A stretch of 64,000 nucleotides of DNA from a virus: the IMG/VR virus record IMGVR_UViG_3300036861_000805, positions 22,758-86,757 of that record, one strand, 5' to 3'. A program made the position numbers and the translations under genes. Positions within the stretch are counted from its first letter, which is position 1. Each line of letters starts with the position of its first letter. Positions 26,328-36,671 of the stretch are shown here, piece after piece. The notes under the pieces were generated by a model. It was not told where the DNA came from, made no database searches, and saw only the letters and a list, made by a program, of their open reading frames with translations.

Positions 26328-29300
26328 TTACTCCGTGTCCATGAAGGCGCTCGAAGCTCGCTCGGAGCGACGCGCCTCCGGATGACCCGCACGACGGTTC
26401 AAAAGCATGAGCTGGTGCACCATCTGCACCATCAGGGTGATCATGCGGGAGGCCTGCGCATGCGAGGAGCCGCGCTCCTGGACTGCAGCTCTCGCAGCCT
26501 GATCTTGCAGTGCATTCGTAGGAAGCTTGGCGGCCGCGCCCGCCATTCGCTCCTGAATGAAATGCTGCGCCGCGATGCCCGAGATCCCAGCCGCCGTGGC
26601 TGAGCTAGGTGAAGGAGCCGTCCCGCGCAGGCCGGTACTTGCTGAGGAGGTGCCGCCAACTGTTCCCGAAAGCGCCTGAGCGGGGAGCAGATTCCCGAGA
26701 AGCGTCGCGGCGAATCCCTGTTGTGTCGTCAGGAACTCAAAGGCCATGGCCCTGAACTCCTCCTTGACCTTCTTCTGCTCGTCCCGCAGGTCCTTCAGCT
26801 CCTTCTGCGCCTGACGCAGGGCGAGGATCCAGCGCTTGCGCTCGAGGCTTCCCGCCCGCGTGGCCTTGATCCGCCCGCGGTAGAAATCGATCTCGGCCTT
26901 CAGGGCGCGAGCCAGCGCAGCCTTATTGCCGGTGGTCTCCGCGATCTGAACGTCGAGCTCGAGTGATTCCTGCTCACGTTCGAGGGCGGCCCTGCGCTTC
27001 TCGCGTGCAGCCTCGTTCTGCTGGCGGATGAGATCCGCGCGTCGCGCCCTCTCGTCGTTTAGCTGGCGAGTGAGATCGAGGATGACCTCATTGGCAGTCT
27101 TCGCATCCCGAATCCGCTTCTTTGCCTCCCGAATCTCAGACTGATAGAGCTTGATCAGCGCGTTCGAGAGGTCGAGGTCGTCGGAGAGCTTCTTCGAGGC
27201 TTCGATCTTTGCCTTGTTGAGAGTGAGCCTCGTTTCGGCGCGTGCGAAGGAGTCGATGACGGCCTGGTCGTGCTTGTTGTTGGCCTGGATGATCTTGTTC
27301 TTCGCCGTCTCCGCGTCGCGCGCAGCCCGCTCTCTCGCCTGTGCACGATCATCCAGGATCCCGGTGATTTCGTCGTCCGTCTTCTTGAGCGCATCCGCAG
27401 CATTCCGGATCTTGTTCCCTTGCTCTCTGCTGATCCTCCCCGCCTCCGTTGCGGCTCTCACATCTTCAGCGGTCGCGCTCGGAGGAAGCCCGGCGCCTAC
27501 AAGAAGTGCAGCAAGTCTCCTCTGCTGTCTTTCGCGTCTTGTTCTAAGGAGCGCGAGACGTCCGGCTTCATCTCCCCTGGCCTCTGCGATCGCAAGTGCC
27601 GTATCGAGCCCGGTTGTAAGTGCTGCTCCGATATCTTCGCCAGCGGTCTCGGCAGTTGGCTTCGTCGCGTTGGCGAGGTTCGTCAGTAACTCGTTGGTGG
27701 TGTCAACGAGATCAGGAAAGGCCGCCCTAAAGGAATCATCGATTCCCTTGACGACTCCCTTACCGATGTCCTCGCCTGCCTTCGGTGCTGTGAGCGCGGC
27801 GGCGCGCAGCGCGCTCACCATGTCGAGGAGCTTTTCCCGGAGAGAAGCTGCACTTGGATTGCTGCGATCGAGACCCGCTGCGAGTTTCTGGATCGCGTCC
27901 GCCGATCTCTCGAAGGATTCTGCAGTACCTCGTTCTGCCGGAAGGGCTCTGACGATCTTCTCCACCCCAAGCACGGCATCCTCGAGATTCCCGTCAAGAT
28001 CTCGCACGGAAGCGCCCATTCGACCGAGGCCTGCTACTCCGAGGTCGGAGAGACTGATAAATCTCTTTTTCAGCTCTTCGGTCTGCTGTTCGAGACCCTC
28101 GAACAACTGCTGCCGGGGGATCTCCAAAGCGACCGGGATCCTGATGTCGGGAACGCTGGCTCCGGCCTGTAGTTGCTCGATGACCCCCTGGATATCTCGC
28201 GCCAACTGCTGCGCTGCGGGGCTTCCCTTTTCGAGCTCCGTGACGATCTTCTGCAGTCCGACTACGGTCTCGTTGAGCCCGACTATCGGTGCACCCTGAC
28301 CAAAGGGAACATTCTGAGCCTTCTGCAATTCGAGAATGAGGAGAGCAACTTCCTGACGAGCACTTTCGGCGCTCACTTCCACAGGCTCGAAAAGATCGCG
28401 AAGACCAGCGATGGCGAGTCTCGGGATAAGGCCGCCAGAAGCGGCTGTCTTGAGACTTTCTCGTATGCCTGTCCCGATTCCTTCGCCTAGGAACCCGAGG
28501 CCAAGATCGTCGAGGGTTCGGTTGAGATCGCCGAGCACCCCGATCCCCTCGTTGGCCGTCGAGATCAGCTCGCTGAGGCCTTCGATGAATCCACCGAGCG
28601 GGCCCAAGGTGACGTTTCCGAGATTGACCCCGAGTGTCGCGAGGCTGTTCTTCAGGGCTTCGAGCTTGCCGTTGAAGCCGGCGGTCTGCGCCCCAGCCAA
28701 TTCCTGCGCGGCGCCGGCGCGGTTGACTGCCTCGATTTCTTCCTGCAACTCCTGGGCTGTGACTCGACCGAGAATCCCCTGCGCGACGATCGAACGGGTT
28801 GTGAAGATCGTCCCCAGTGCACGGCGCCTCTCGGCTGCACCGAGACGGTCCGTGGCCTCCTGGATTTGACGGAAGATATTGATGTTCAGGCGCCCAGCGG
28901 AGTCAAGAACACGAACCGATGCGCCGCTCTCGAGGCGCAGTTTTTCGAGTACCGCTCGTGCCTTGTCCGCGGGATTGAGGAGACGCAGCATTGCATTGCG
29001 CAGCGTCGTACCAGCTTCGCCACCCTGGCGACCTGCACGAGCCATTTCTGTGATGAAGGCCACGAGTTCGTCGATCCCGACCCCGGCGATGCGGGCGACG
29101 GCCGCAGAGTTCTCAAGTGCCTCGCCCATTTCGGTGATGCCGCCCTGCGCTTCTTTGGAAGCATTCGCGAGCAGATCGGCGACATGAATCGCCTCGGTCC
29201 CGGATTTTCCGAACGCGTTGAGGGCGGAAGCGACAAGATTTGCTGCCTGGGCCTGGTCGATCTCTCCAGCCGTCGCGAGCTGAAGTGTGCCTCTCGCCGC

Positions 29301-30698
29301 CGCAATAGAGTTTTCGACAGAGAGGCCCGCTTTGGAGAGCTCCGTCATGGCAGTTGCCGCGTCTCCTGCGTTGACGGCCGGGAGCGTGATGTCTGCACCA
29401 AGGGCGACTGCTTGCGCGCGCACACGCTCCATCTCGTCGGCGGTCGCTTCAGCAGTGACGCGGAACACGTTCAGCTGCTGCTCGAGGTTCGCAGCCGAGC
29501 CGACAGCCTTCACGAAGCCGATCGCCGCAGCCGTACCCACGAGGAAGGGACCACTCGCCGCCAGAACTGCTCCTCGCAGGCCAAGCGTGCCAAGCGAGGC
29601 GGCAAGGGCTCCCTTGGCGAGCTGGCGATCTTGGCGGATCCGCTCATTCAGTGGGCCGAGACCTCTGAGGCGCTCAACAGTCAGGGCCCGCTCGGCCTGC
29701 ACTTGCTGAAGAAGCGCGGCGTTAGTAGCTTCGAGTTCTGCGGCTTCCTGCGCCATGACGGTGTTGCCGAGACGTTCAGCCGCGATACGAATCTCCTTCG
29801 CCTCGGCGACGGCGGCCTCCAAGGCTCGCTCTGCCTGCAGCTGCGCGTTGTTCACGGCACGTACTTCCGCGACTTTACGAAGCGACGCCGTTTCGACTCC
29901 CGTCGCCGCAGCGGCTGTGCTCGTCGCATCGGCACTTGCGATCTTCAGTGCGGCATGTCGTGCCTCCGTACGATCTGCAAGCTGCGTCGTTTCGATGCGT
30001 TCGAGCTGAGCGGCAAGAGCCTGTCTATCTGTCGCTAGACCCTCTTGGATCGTGGCCTGACGACGAGCTTCGGCTTCATTCCCGGCATCGAGCGCAGCTT
30101 TCCGACGTACCTCGGCGCTGAGTTCCGCGGCGCTCGCCTGGGCAAGTCCGGCCGCGGATGTCTTCCTGGCGCTTTCGAGCGCGACGGCTCGTTCGTCGGC
30201 CGTGGTAACTGATCCCAGAGCGGTTGCATATGCGCGCTCGGAGGCAATGAGGGCGGCCTGTGTTCCTTGCCGTGCCCTCTGAACATCGCGCAGGATTCGT
30301 TCCTCTTCGCTCAGCTTTGCCGCAGCAGCGGCAGCAGCTGGCCCGGCAGCTCCCGCCGCCGCGGCAGCTGCGCTGACACCCGCAGCCTGCCTTGCCGCAG
30401 CAGCCTGCGTGACACCGACGGGAGTGACCTTGACGGGAATCTCGAGTCCGGCCAGCTGCTCGCGCAACTTGGTGCGGAAACCAGTAACGTCCGGACGAAC
30501 GGGGACGTCGAAGGCAGCCCGTCCGATCTCCCGCTTCAGCTGCCGCCGAAAGGCTTGCAGCTCGAGCTTGACGGGGATCTTGAAAACGCCCGCCCGCTTG
30601 ATCGCACTGTTGACATCAGCCTTTAGCTGCTCGCGGAAGGTGCTCGCGTCCGGCTTGAGCTTGACCCTGGCGGTCGCGAAATATTCCGTGTTACCCAC
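26328..30698 (-). CDS. Tape measure protein (TP901-type)
   Basis: 1456 aa, Ala-rich helical; AM.ELSKAG...L.LA..G...AD.LA...G..AGT.LR. Confidence 0.95.
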   Translation of the reverse strand: MGNTEYFATARVKLKPDASTFREQLKADVNSAIKRAGVFKIPVKLELQAFRRQLKREIGRAAFDVPVRPDVTGFRTKLREQLAGLEIPVKVTPVGVTQAAAARQAAGVSAAAAAAGAAGPAAAAAAAKLSEEERILRDVQRARQGTQAALIASERAYATALGSVTTADERAVALESARKTSAAGLAQASAAELSAEVRRKAALDAGNEAEARRQATIQEGLATDRQALAAQLERIETTQLADRTEARHAALKIASADATSTAAAATGVETASLRKVAEVRAVNNAQLQAERALEAAVAEAKEIRIAAERLGNTVMAQEAAELEATNAALLQQVQAERALTVERLRGLGPLNERIRQDRQLAKGALAASLGTLGLRGAVLAASGPFLVGTAAAIGFVKAVGSAANLEQQLNVFRVTAEATADEMERVRAQAVALGADITLPAVNAGDAATAMTELSKAGLSVENSIAAARGTLQLATAGEIDQAQAANLVASALNAFGKSGTEAIHVADLLANASKEAQGGITEMGEALENSAAVARIAGVGIDELVAFITEMARAGRQGGEAGTTLRNAMLRLLNPADKARAVLEKLRLESGASVRVLDSAGRLNINIFRQIQEATDRLGAAERRRALGTIFTTRSIVAQGILGRVTAQELQEEIEAVNRAGAAQELAGAQTAGFNGKLEALKNSLATLGVNLGNVTLGPLGGFIEGLSELISTANEGIGVLGDLNRTLDDLGLGFLGEGIGTGIRESLKTAASGGLIPRLAIAGLRDLFEPVEVSAESARQEVALLILELQKAQNVPFGQGAPIVGLNETVVGLQKIVTELEKGSPAAQQLARDIQGVIEQLQAGASVPDIRIPVALEIPRQQLFEGLEQQTEELKKRFISLSDLGVAGLGRMGASVRDLDGNLEDAVLGVEKIVRALPAERGTAESFERSADAIQKLAAGLDRSNPSAASLREKLLDMVSALRAAALTAPKAGEDIGKGVVKGIDDSFRAAFPDLVDTTNELLTNLANATKPTAETAGEDIGAALTTGLDTALAIAEARGDEAGRLALLRTRRERQQRRLAALLVGAGLPPSATAEDVRAATEAGRISREQGNKIRNAADALKKTDDEITGILDDRAQARERAARDAETAKNKIIQANNKHDQAVIDSFARAETRLTLNKAKIEASKKLSDDLDLSNALIKLYQSEIREAKKRIRDAKTANEVILDLTRQLNDERARRADLIRQQNEAAREKRRAALEREQESLELDVQIAETTGNKAALARALKAEIDFYRGRIKATRAGSLERKRWILALRQAQKELKDLRDEQKKVKEEFRAMAFEFLTTQQGFAATLLGNLLPAQALSGTVGGTSSASTGLRGTAPSPSSATAAGISGIAAQHFIQERMAGAAAKLPTNALQDQAARAAVQERGSSHAQASRMITLMVQMVHQLMLLNRRAGHPEARRSERASSAFMDTE

Positions 30699-31131
30699 GC
30701 TCGAAGCTCCTCAGGCCTCCGCCACTCATGCCAGACATGCGAGCTTCGAGCCAAGAGAGCGCGCGATTGTTCATGGCGACGATGTCTTCCTCGGACATCT
30801 CCTCGGCCGGTCTCTGGCCCTCGTTCTGTCTGCGAGGGCGAGCCGCGACAGAACGCTCTCCCTCAAGATCAGGAGGTGGCTCAGAGCTTGGATCGTAGCC
30901 TTCGGCCCAGAAGCGGGCCGCGTGAATCGCATCCTCGAGCGAGAGTCCAGAGATGTTGATGCCGCCAACCTGCCGGGAACGCTGAAGTTCCTTGACGAGC
31001 GCTGCGTATGCCAGATTGAGCCACTCGCGGAGGGAAAGGGCATTCGGATCCCCCCCTGCGAGCGTTACGCTACCTGCGAGATAGGTGCGGATTCCCCAGG
31101 CCCAGCTTCCGAGGGCTCTGGCGTACGCGTA
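30691..31131 (-). CDS. Tail assembly chaperone C-terminal (T) extension, reached by -1 frameshift
   Basis: 147-codon frame with no SD-associated start: YAYARALGSWAWG...GGDPNALSLREWLNLAY...; ends at the TMP start. Confidence 0.7.
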   Translation of the reverse strand, partial: YAYARALGSWAWGIRTYLAGSVTLAGGDPNALSLREWLNLAYAALVKELQRSRQVGGINISGLSLEDAIHAARFWAEGYDPSSEPPPDLEGERSVAARPRRQNEGQRPAEEMSEEDIVAMNNRALSWLEARMSGMSGGGLRSFERG

Positions 31132-31553
31132 GGGCGCTCGGGGATCTGGACCTCCTGCAGCCAGACGAGAAGCAACTGCAGCTGCTCAATCGAGATGTGT
31201 TTGTCCTTGTCCTCGATGATTTCGGTGAAGCGTGCGCTGTCCGAGGATTCGATGAGCATCTTGACTCGCTTGACGACGTATTCGAAGCTCTCGATGACCG
31301 TCCCACGATCCTCGAGCACGACCGTTTCCGGATCTTCGCCCTTCGCGGCTGCAGCAGCCTTGAGCTTCGCAAGCTCGGCGTCTCGCTTGCGCTGCTCCTC
31401 TTCTTGCTCCGACTGCTGCTTGTCGAGAAATTCGCCCCAAACCCGCCAGTGCATCTGCACCCAGTGAAAGCGCTGCCCACCCAGAATAAAGTCCCGCGGC
31501 GCCGTGAAGACTTCGTCGAAGTTCGGCGCCTCAGCGGTCTCAACCTGTGACAC
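31065..31553 (-). CDS. Tail assembly chaperone (G)
   Basis: GAGGAGG SD plus GTG; ends ...ERPT plus a short tail; lies upstream of TMP. Confidence 0.8.
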   Translation of the reverse strand: MSQVETAEAPNFDEVFTAPRDFILGGQRFHWVQMHWRVWGEFLDKQQSEQEEEQRKRDAELAKLKAAAAAKGEDPETVVLEDRGTVIESFEYVVKRVKMLIESSDSARFTEIIEDKDKHISIEQLQLLLVWLQEVQIPERPTRTPEPSEAGPGESAPISQVA

Positions 31554-31567
31554 TCTTACCCTCCTCG

Positions 31568-32140
31568 TTAGGAGCCGATGAGCAGCTCTTCGTAGCCTTC
31601 GAGCCCGACTCGAATCACCGCTGTCCAGCCAGCGCACCCGCCGGCGGGAATCATGGGGATGAGCCCGTCGAAGAACACTTCGTCACACAGGCTAACGAGG
31701 TGTTCGGCGCGCACAAGGTTGTGCAGATGGTTCCAGAGTGCCCACGCGTCCGCGTAATGTTGTCGGGCGGAGGTCGTCAATGCATCGGCGCTTGGGGGGA
31801 CGAAGACCGCCGTGGCGCTGCTTGTGCCAGTCGGAATGCACCGAAAGATGTGAGCGACCATCGTCACGGAGTTTTTCCAGGCCTCACGCACAGCACGTCG
31901 CCCGGCGTCGAGACCGCCCGGTGTCGTGTCGAGTTCTCCGATCGGATCTACTCGGACGACAAGCTGAGTGCAGCAGTCCCGGCCAACGAAATCCGCGACC
32001 GGCATCCCCGGCGAAAGGAACTGCCGCTCCGGCGCTCCCTCGAGTTCGGGGATGAAGTCCGGAATGGTGTCGAGGGCTTCCGCACAGTCGTCGAGGTACG
32101 CCTGCGCGATCAGGTAGAGATCGTCAGGGCCCGTCGACAT
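31568..32140 (-). CDS. Tail terminator/completion protein
   Basis: D..C.QL.V...RC.P...GGC.G pattern; position. Confidence 0.7.
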   Translation of the reverse strand: MSTGPDDLYLIAQAYLDDCAEALDTIPDFIPELEGAPERQFLSPGMPVADFVGRDCCTQLVVRVDPIGELDTTPGGLDAGRRAVREAWKNSVTMVAHIFRCIPTGTSSATAVFVPPSADALTTSARQHYADAWALWNHLHNLVRAEHLVSLCDEVFFDGLIPMIPAGGCAGWTAVIRVGLEGYEELLIGS

Positions 32141-32500
32141 CTAGGCTCCACGTCTGAATCCGGCAGCAATGAGCGCTGGCGCGAGGAAGGGATACTGATA
32201 GAACGCGCCCTGAGGGGTCACGCCGCCGAGTTCGAGTGCGATCGGGTAATTGAAGTCCGGATGCCCTCTCCAGGGATGAGCCGCATCCGCCAGGACGACG
32301 GAATAGAGCGAATCCGCCTCCTGGAAGATGCCAGCGTCGCGAAGAGACTGGATCGCATCTCCCGAGCGAACATGCGCACTCAGGTTGTTGTGCGCGTACG
32401 TCACGATCTCCTGGGACTTGCGGGAGATGTAGCGCCCAAGCTCTCCTTCCTCGGAGTGGAAGAACTGACGGATCACTCCGTCGTGCAGGATCACACTCAT
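32141..32500 (-). CDS. Neck/tail completion (HK97 gp10-like) protein
   Basis: RSG...S...Y...LE.G...PFL.PAL. Confidence 0.65.
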   Translation of the reverse strand: MSVILHDGVIRQFFHSEEGELGRYISRKSQEIVTYAHNNLSAHVRSGDAIQSLRDAGIFQEADSLYSVVLADAAHPWRGHPDFNYPIALELGGVTPQGAFYQYPFLAPALIAAGFRRGA

Positions 32501-33600
32501 ACGGGATGCCTGGGCGCGTAGCGCAATCTCGATGCGGGGCTCATGACGGTCGGCGATCGGAGGAGCCCATGCGGATTCACAGTGTTCAGGAAGTAGTCCA
32601 CCTCGCCGATGCCCGTGGCCCAGACGCCATCTCTGTTGCGCACAAAGTAGCTGCGTTCCACGGTGATGCCTTGACGGGTGACGCGGGTCACGCCGCGCGG
32701 GAGAGCGCAGGACTCGTCGTTCTGGCAGGACTTGATGATCTCGCATGCAAGCGCCGCGGCCGCAAGCTGACCCATGACCGGAGGTGCCTTGCCGTAGGTG
32801 TAGGTGACTGCGAACGCTCCCGCAGCATCGTCGTCGACATCCGTGGACTGGCAGCGCGGCCAGAGTGCCCCGTCCTTGCGCACCAGATCGCGATTTCGGC
32901 GAACGAAATACGTGTCCGGCTCCACGATCTCGCCGTCAATCAGTACCTCGGTGATCTCCCGGACATGGCCAGCAAGCTTCACGACAGACTCTGCTCGGCA
33001 GCCGCAGACGAACCCGCTCCAGCAGCCTCGCCATTCGTCCCATCCGACGAGATGACCACGGGAGAGCACCTGCAGACCGCAGAGGCAGCTATCGGTCCCG
33101 CAAGGGCGCACGGTCGTCTCACAAACTCCGGCCCAGCGCTTGCCGGATGCCAGGTAAAGCAGTTCGCTCGAGCCGACGATCGCAGAGTCAAGTAGGACGA
33201 TGTCGGAGCCGAGATTGTCGGTATTGCAGCATTCGAGGACGTTCTCGCTCGTCGTCCAGGCCGAGCACAGAACCGAATCTGAGACGTCAACTCCCAAGGA
33301 GGGAAGCGAGAGGCTCGTATCCTGAACTAGGAGTTCATCTTCGCCCCCGGTGCCCGGATCAAAGCTGCCGTCGTTCGACCAGATGATCGTGTATTGCCCT
33401 TCCGTCGCCGGGGCTGTGAGCATGGCCCGGTAGCTGCCCGTCGGATTGCCGGCGATCGTCAGCTCGATGATGCCGACTGTAGTCGGCCCGAGCACGGTGT
33501 TGTTCTGATTATCGTTGATCGCGACGGCAAGTGCACCCACGAGACCACTGACGCCGGCGTCGTAGGTCGCCTCGAAAACCGCACTCGGTTCCTGCTGCAT
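32497..33600 (-). CDS. Head-to-tail adaptor with extra N-terminal beta domain
   Basis: Cys-rich; L.R.DG..WP.CQ; C.LP..VT.VTRQG.T; TGI.EVD.F....NP. Confidence 0.8.
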   Translation of the reverse strand: MQQEPSAVFEATYDAGVSGLVGALAVAINDNQNNTVLGPTTVGIIELTIAGNPTGSYRAMLTAPATEGQYTIIWSNDGSFDPGTGGEDELLVQDTSLSLPSLGVDVSDSVLCSAWTTSENVLECCNTDNLGSDIVLLDSAIVGSSELLYLASGKRWAGVCETTVRPCGTDSCLCGLQVLSRGHLVGWDEWRGCWSGFVCGCRAESVVKLAGHVREITEVLIDGEIVEPDTYFVRRNRDLVRKDGALWPRCQSTDVDDDAAGAFAVTYTYGKAPPVMGQLAAAALACEIIKSCQNDESCALPRGVTRVTRQGITVERSYFVRNRDGVWATGIGEVDYFLNTVNPHGLLRSPTVMSPASRLRYAPRHPV

Positions 33601-33610
33601 GGCGCTCCTT

Positions 33611-33919
33611 TTAGGCGCTTGCTCGGCTTGCTGCGGCGGCGATCGACCGCTTCTTCGTCAAGGCAGTCGCGTCGCCTGTGAGATCGGCGAAGACGGCCAC
33701 GTTGTTGAAGGCCCCGAAGGCATTGTTCGCAAGTAGCGCGGCGAGCTCAGTGTTCGTGAGTGTGACACCGTCCTTGTAGGAGTAGGCGTCCACGTCCGTC
33801 CCGCCCGCGTTCACGTTCACGAGCTGCTCGTCGCTTCCATTCACGATCGTGTAGTTGACGTTGAAGACCTCGAGCCGACCGTCAATATCGAACTCGTCGA
33901 AGTGATGCCAATGCTCCAT
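33611..33919 (-). CDS. Hypothetical virion-associated protein
   Basis: AGGAGG SD; structural operon. Confidence 0.6.
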   Translation of the reverse strand: MEHWHHFDEFDIDGRLEVFNVNYTIVNGSDEQLVNVNAGGTDVDAYSYKDGVTLTNTELAALLANNAFGAFNNVAVFADLTGDATALTKKRSIAAAASRASA

Positions 33920-33975
33920 CTTTCCTCCTAGCTTTCGCTGCTATTGCCGTCGAGTTTGACATTTGTGGCGGACAT

Positions 33976-34755
33976 TCAGATCACCGCTCTCTCGGGAACC
34001 CACAGATCCGGTACGAAGATCCCACTCTTGCGACGATGCCAGGATTCGCGTGCCTTGCGGAGTCCTCCCATGAAGACGGCGGTGGAAGCGAAGCCGAGCC
34101 CGTGATAGCTCCGCTCCTGTGATTCAAGCTCGACGCCGACACTGGCGAATGCGGTGGAAGTGGTACCGCCGAAGGTCAATGTGGCGGCGTTCTCGCCGCT
34201 GTCGAGGACAGCCGAGCCGAGGCCGGTCGCCGGGGTGTTATAGCCACCATCAGCTCCCTCGATGTATCCCGTGCGCGGATTCATCACGGCGGCGTTCGCG
34301 CCCGCTGCAACGGCAATCAGCATGGGATTGCGATCATGTGGCGTTTGGTTTAGGACCGGCGCAGGTGTCGTGCCCGCTACGCCGCTCGACTCTCCGCCAT
34401 TCGAGCGGACGGCCGAAGCTCCTGTAAGCGTCATGCCCGACAGTCTGTAGACGTGTAGCCCGCCGCCGGTCGATCCCGCCTGCGCCGCCGTGAAGATCGT
34501 GCTGCTCGCTGCCGGGATGAGCGCAGTCCGCACCCAGACCGTGAGAACGCCAGTGGTCGAAAAGCCCGTGCGGTCGGAGTCGGCCTGCGTGTAAGTGCCC
34601 GAGGAATTGTTGTCGGTGACGGCCGTGGTACCGCCCGACAGGCCCGAGGATGCCGCGATTATCACGATCAGGTCACCTATCGCAGGCGTAGCGGTAACGG
34701 TCTTATCCCCCGCCGCAGTCGTCCAGGTCGATCCCGCGAATGTCCAGGCAGGCAT
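33976..34755 (-). CDS. Structural beta-sandwich protein (fibre/decoration-like)
   Basis: T/G/A-rich; GDLIVI motif similar to 21069-21842. Confidence 0.65.
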   Translation of the reverse strand: MPAWTFAGSTWTTAAGDKTVTATPAIGDLIVIIAASSGLSGGTTAVTDNNSSGTYTQADSDRTGFSTTGVLTVWVRTALIPAASSTIFTAAQAGSTGGGLHVYRLSGMTLTGASAVRSNGGESSGVAGTTPAPVLNQTPHDRNPMLIAVAAGANAAVMNPRTGYIEGADGGYNTPATGLGSAVLDSGENAATLTFGGTTSTAFASVGVELESQERSYHGLGFASTAVFMGGLRKARESWHRRKSGIFVPDLWVPERAVI

Positions 34756-34758
34756 CTC

Positions 34759-36609
34759 TTACGTCCTCGTGTAGTTGATGACCACGCCGATCAGCTTGGC
34801 ATCGACCGCGAGGTTGTCGTTCGCCACGTCACGCCGGATTCGGATCACCACAAGTTCGCCCGCGGCCGCACCAGTGAGTGTGACCGCGGGTGTAGCGTCC
34901 GACTTCTGCGCCTGAAGAGCTGTCGCCGTGTGAGCATCGGAGATCACCTGTGCCGTGCCAGGAGCCGCATCGATTGTTTCCGAGTCACCGTAAGAGCGCC
35001 CAGCAATCTCCCACTGCACGTTGTTGGTCGAGACGCCAGTCGCGGTCCACCAGAATTCGGCCGTGACCGTGCCGCCATCCCAGTCCGAGGGCATCGCGAA
35101 CGTCGCCCACGCGATCTCCTGCGTCGTCGTGTCGAAGTCGAGCGTGTAGTAGTTGAGGACGTTCGTGACCTCGACGTTCTTGACGAGCTGCGGACCGTTT
35201 GTCGTTGCCGGAATGAGACCCTGTGCGCTCAGATAGATGACGCCACTCGCCTTCGGGCCAGTTGCTCCCTGTGCCCCGGTCGCTCCCGTTGCCCCGGCAG
35301 AACCCGTTGCCCCGGTGGCACCCTGCGCACCGGCTGTCCCCGTGGCACCCGTCGCCCCATCGAGACCGTCCAAACCATCGAAGCCCGTTCCCCCCTGCGG
35401 ACCAGTAGCGCCCGTCGCCCCCTCTACCCCTGTTGCCCCTGCTGCTCCTGTGGCTCCTTGAGTGCCTGTAGCCCCGGTAGCTCCATCCAGGCCGTCCAGA
35501 CCGTCGGATCCGGTAGCTCCTGCGGAGCCGGTGGGACCAGTCGCACCCTGGATACCGGTCGCCCCCTGGGGGCCCGAAGCTCCAGTCGCACCATCAGCAC
35601 CCGTGGCCCCGGTGCTGCCCTGAGTTCCGGTAGCCCCTTGGGTTCCCGTTGCTCCGGTAGCACCTTGGATTCCGGTAGCACCTGTCGACCCCTGAGTGCC
35701 CATCGCACCTGTACTACCTGTCTCTCCTTGCGCACCGGCTATCCCCGTCGCGCCAGTAGCTCCATCCGGTCCCTCAAGGCCATCCATACCCGTAGCCCCT
35801 GTTGCTCCAGCACTACCCGCAGTGCCGGTAGCTCCGGTTGCGCCCTGCGTGCCCACGATTCCCGTCGCCCCCGTCGCTCCATCGACCCCTGCGCTTCCTG
35901 TAGCGCCGGTCGCCCCCTGGGTCCCCGTGGCTCCGGTCGAACCCGTACCCGTTGATCCTTGCGCACCAGTAGCTCCCGTGCTTCCCTGGATTCCCGTCGG
36001 GCCAGTCGCACCCTGCGGCCCCGTAGCTCCCGTGAATCCGTCGAGACCATCAAGCCCGTCGAGGCCTGTGGCGCCTTGCAGGCCTGTCGCACCTGTTGCT
36101 CCCGTCGTTCCCTGAGTACCCGTTGCACCCGTTTCTCCCGCGCCAGTAGCACCGGTGTTTCCGGCCGCTCCCTGCACACCCGTGGCACCAGTGGCTCCTG
36201 CTGTTCCTGCCGTACCCGTCGCGCCGGTAGATCCCTGCGTCCCCGAGCCTGTAGCACCTGTAGCACCCGTCGCCCCCGTCTCTCCATCGGCACCATCCAG
36301 ACCGCCGAGACCAGTCGCACCTGTTTCGCCAGCTCCCGTCGCTCCCGTGATTCCGGTCGCGCCAGTTGCCCCCGCAGTACCGGTTGCGCCAGTAGAGCCA
36401 GAACCGGTTCCTCCTGTCGCTCCCGTTGCACCATTAGCCCCGGTAGCACCCTGGGACCCGGTTGCTCCGGTATTCCCGCCAGCGGGAGGATCGATATAGA
36501 CGTGCGTCAGACCGTCGCCAGCAACTTGCAGGATCTTGCCCGCGGCCTGGGCCGAATTGTCGACATCGAACAGAGCTTGCAGGAAGCGAATGACTTGAAT
36601 CGCTGCCAT
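34759..36609 (-). CDS. Long collagen-like (GAT/GXT) fibre protein
   Basis: About 400 aa of Gly-X-Y, Thr-rich; C-terminal globular domain. Confidence 0.85.
   Translation of the reverse strand: MAAIQVIRFLQALFDVDNSAQAAGKILQVAGDGLTHVYIDPPAGGNTGATGSQGATGANGATGATGGTGSGSTGATGTAGATGATGITGATGAGETGATGLGGLDGADGETGATGATGATGSGTQGSTGATGTAGTAGATGATGVQGAAGNTGATGAGETGATGTQGTTGATGATGLQGATGLDGLDGLDGFTGATGPQGATGPTGIQGSTGATGAQGSTGTGSTGATGTQGATGATGSAGVDGATGATGIVGTQGATGATGTAGSAGATGATGMDGLEGPDGATGATGIAGAQGETGSTGAMGTQGSTGATGIQGATGATGTQGATGTQGSTGATGADGATGASGPQGATGIQGATGPTGSAGATGSDGLDGLDGATGATGTQGATGAAGATGVEGATGATGPQGGTGFDGLDGLDGATGATGTAGAQGATGATGSAGATGATGAQGATGPKASGVIYLSAQGLIPATTNGPQLVKNVEVTNVLNYYTLDFDTTTQEIAWATFAMPSDWDGGTVTAEFWWTATGVSTNNVQWEIAGRSYGDSETIDAAPGTAQVISDAHTATALQAQKSDATPAVTLTGAAAGELVVIRIRRDVANDNLAVDAKLIGVVINYTRT
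35255..36480 (-). repeat. Collagen 9-bp-period repeat tract
   Basis: GATGATG..GxQ and GLDGLDG units, synonymously diversified at DNA level. Confidence 0.85.
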
Positions 36610-36671
36610 CAGCGCTCCTTATCCGCGGGTTGCACGACCATGCCGCGGAGAGTCGCCTTATCCCGAGCCGT

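Noticed and set aside
35255-36480. Repetitive tracts (also 23250-24095) as a CRISPR array or DGR repeat pair
   Set aside because: They are 9-bp-period collagen codons with no repeat-spacer pattern; no cas or reverse transcriptase gene is visible
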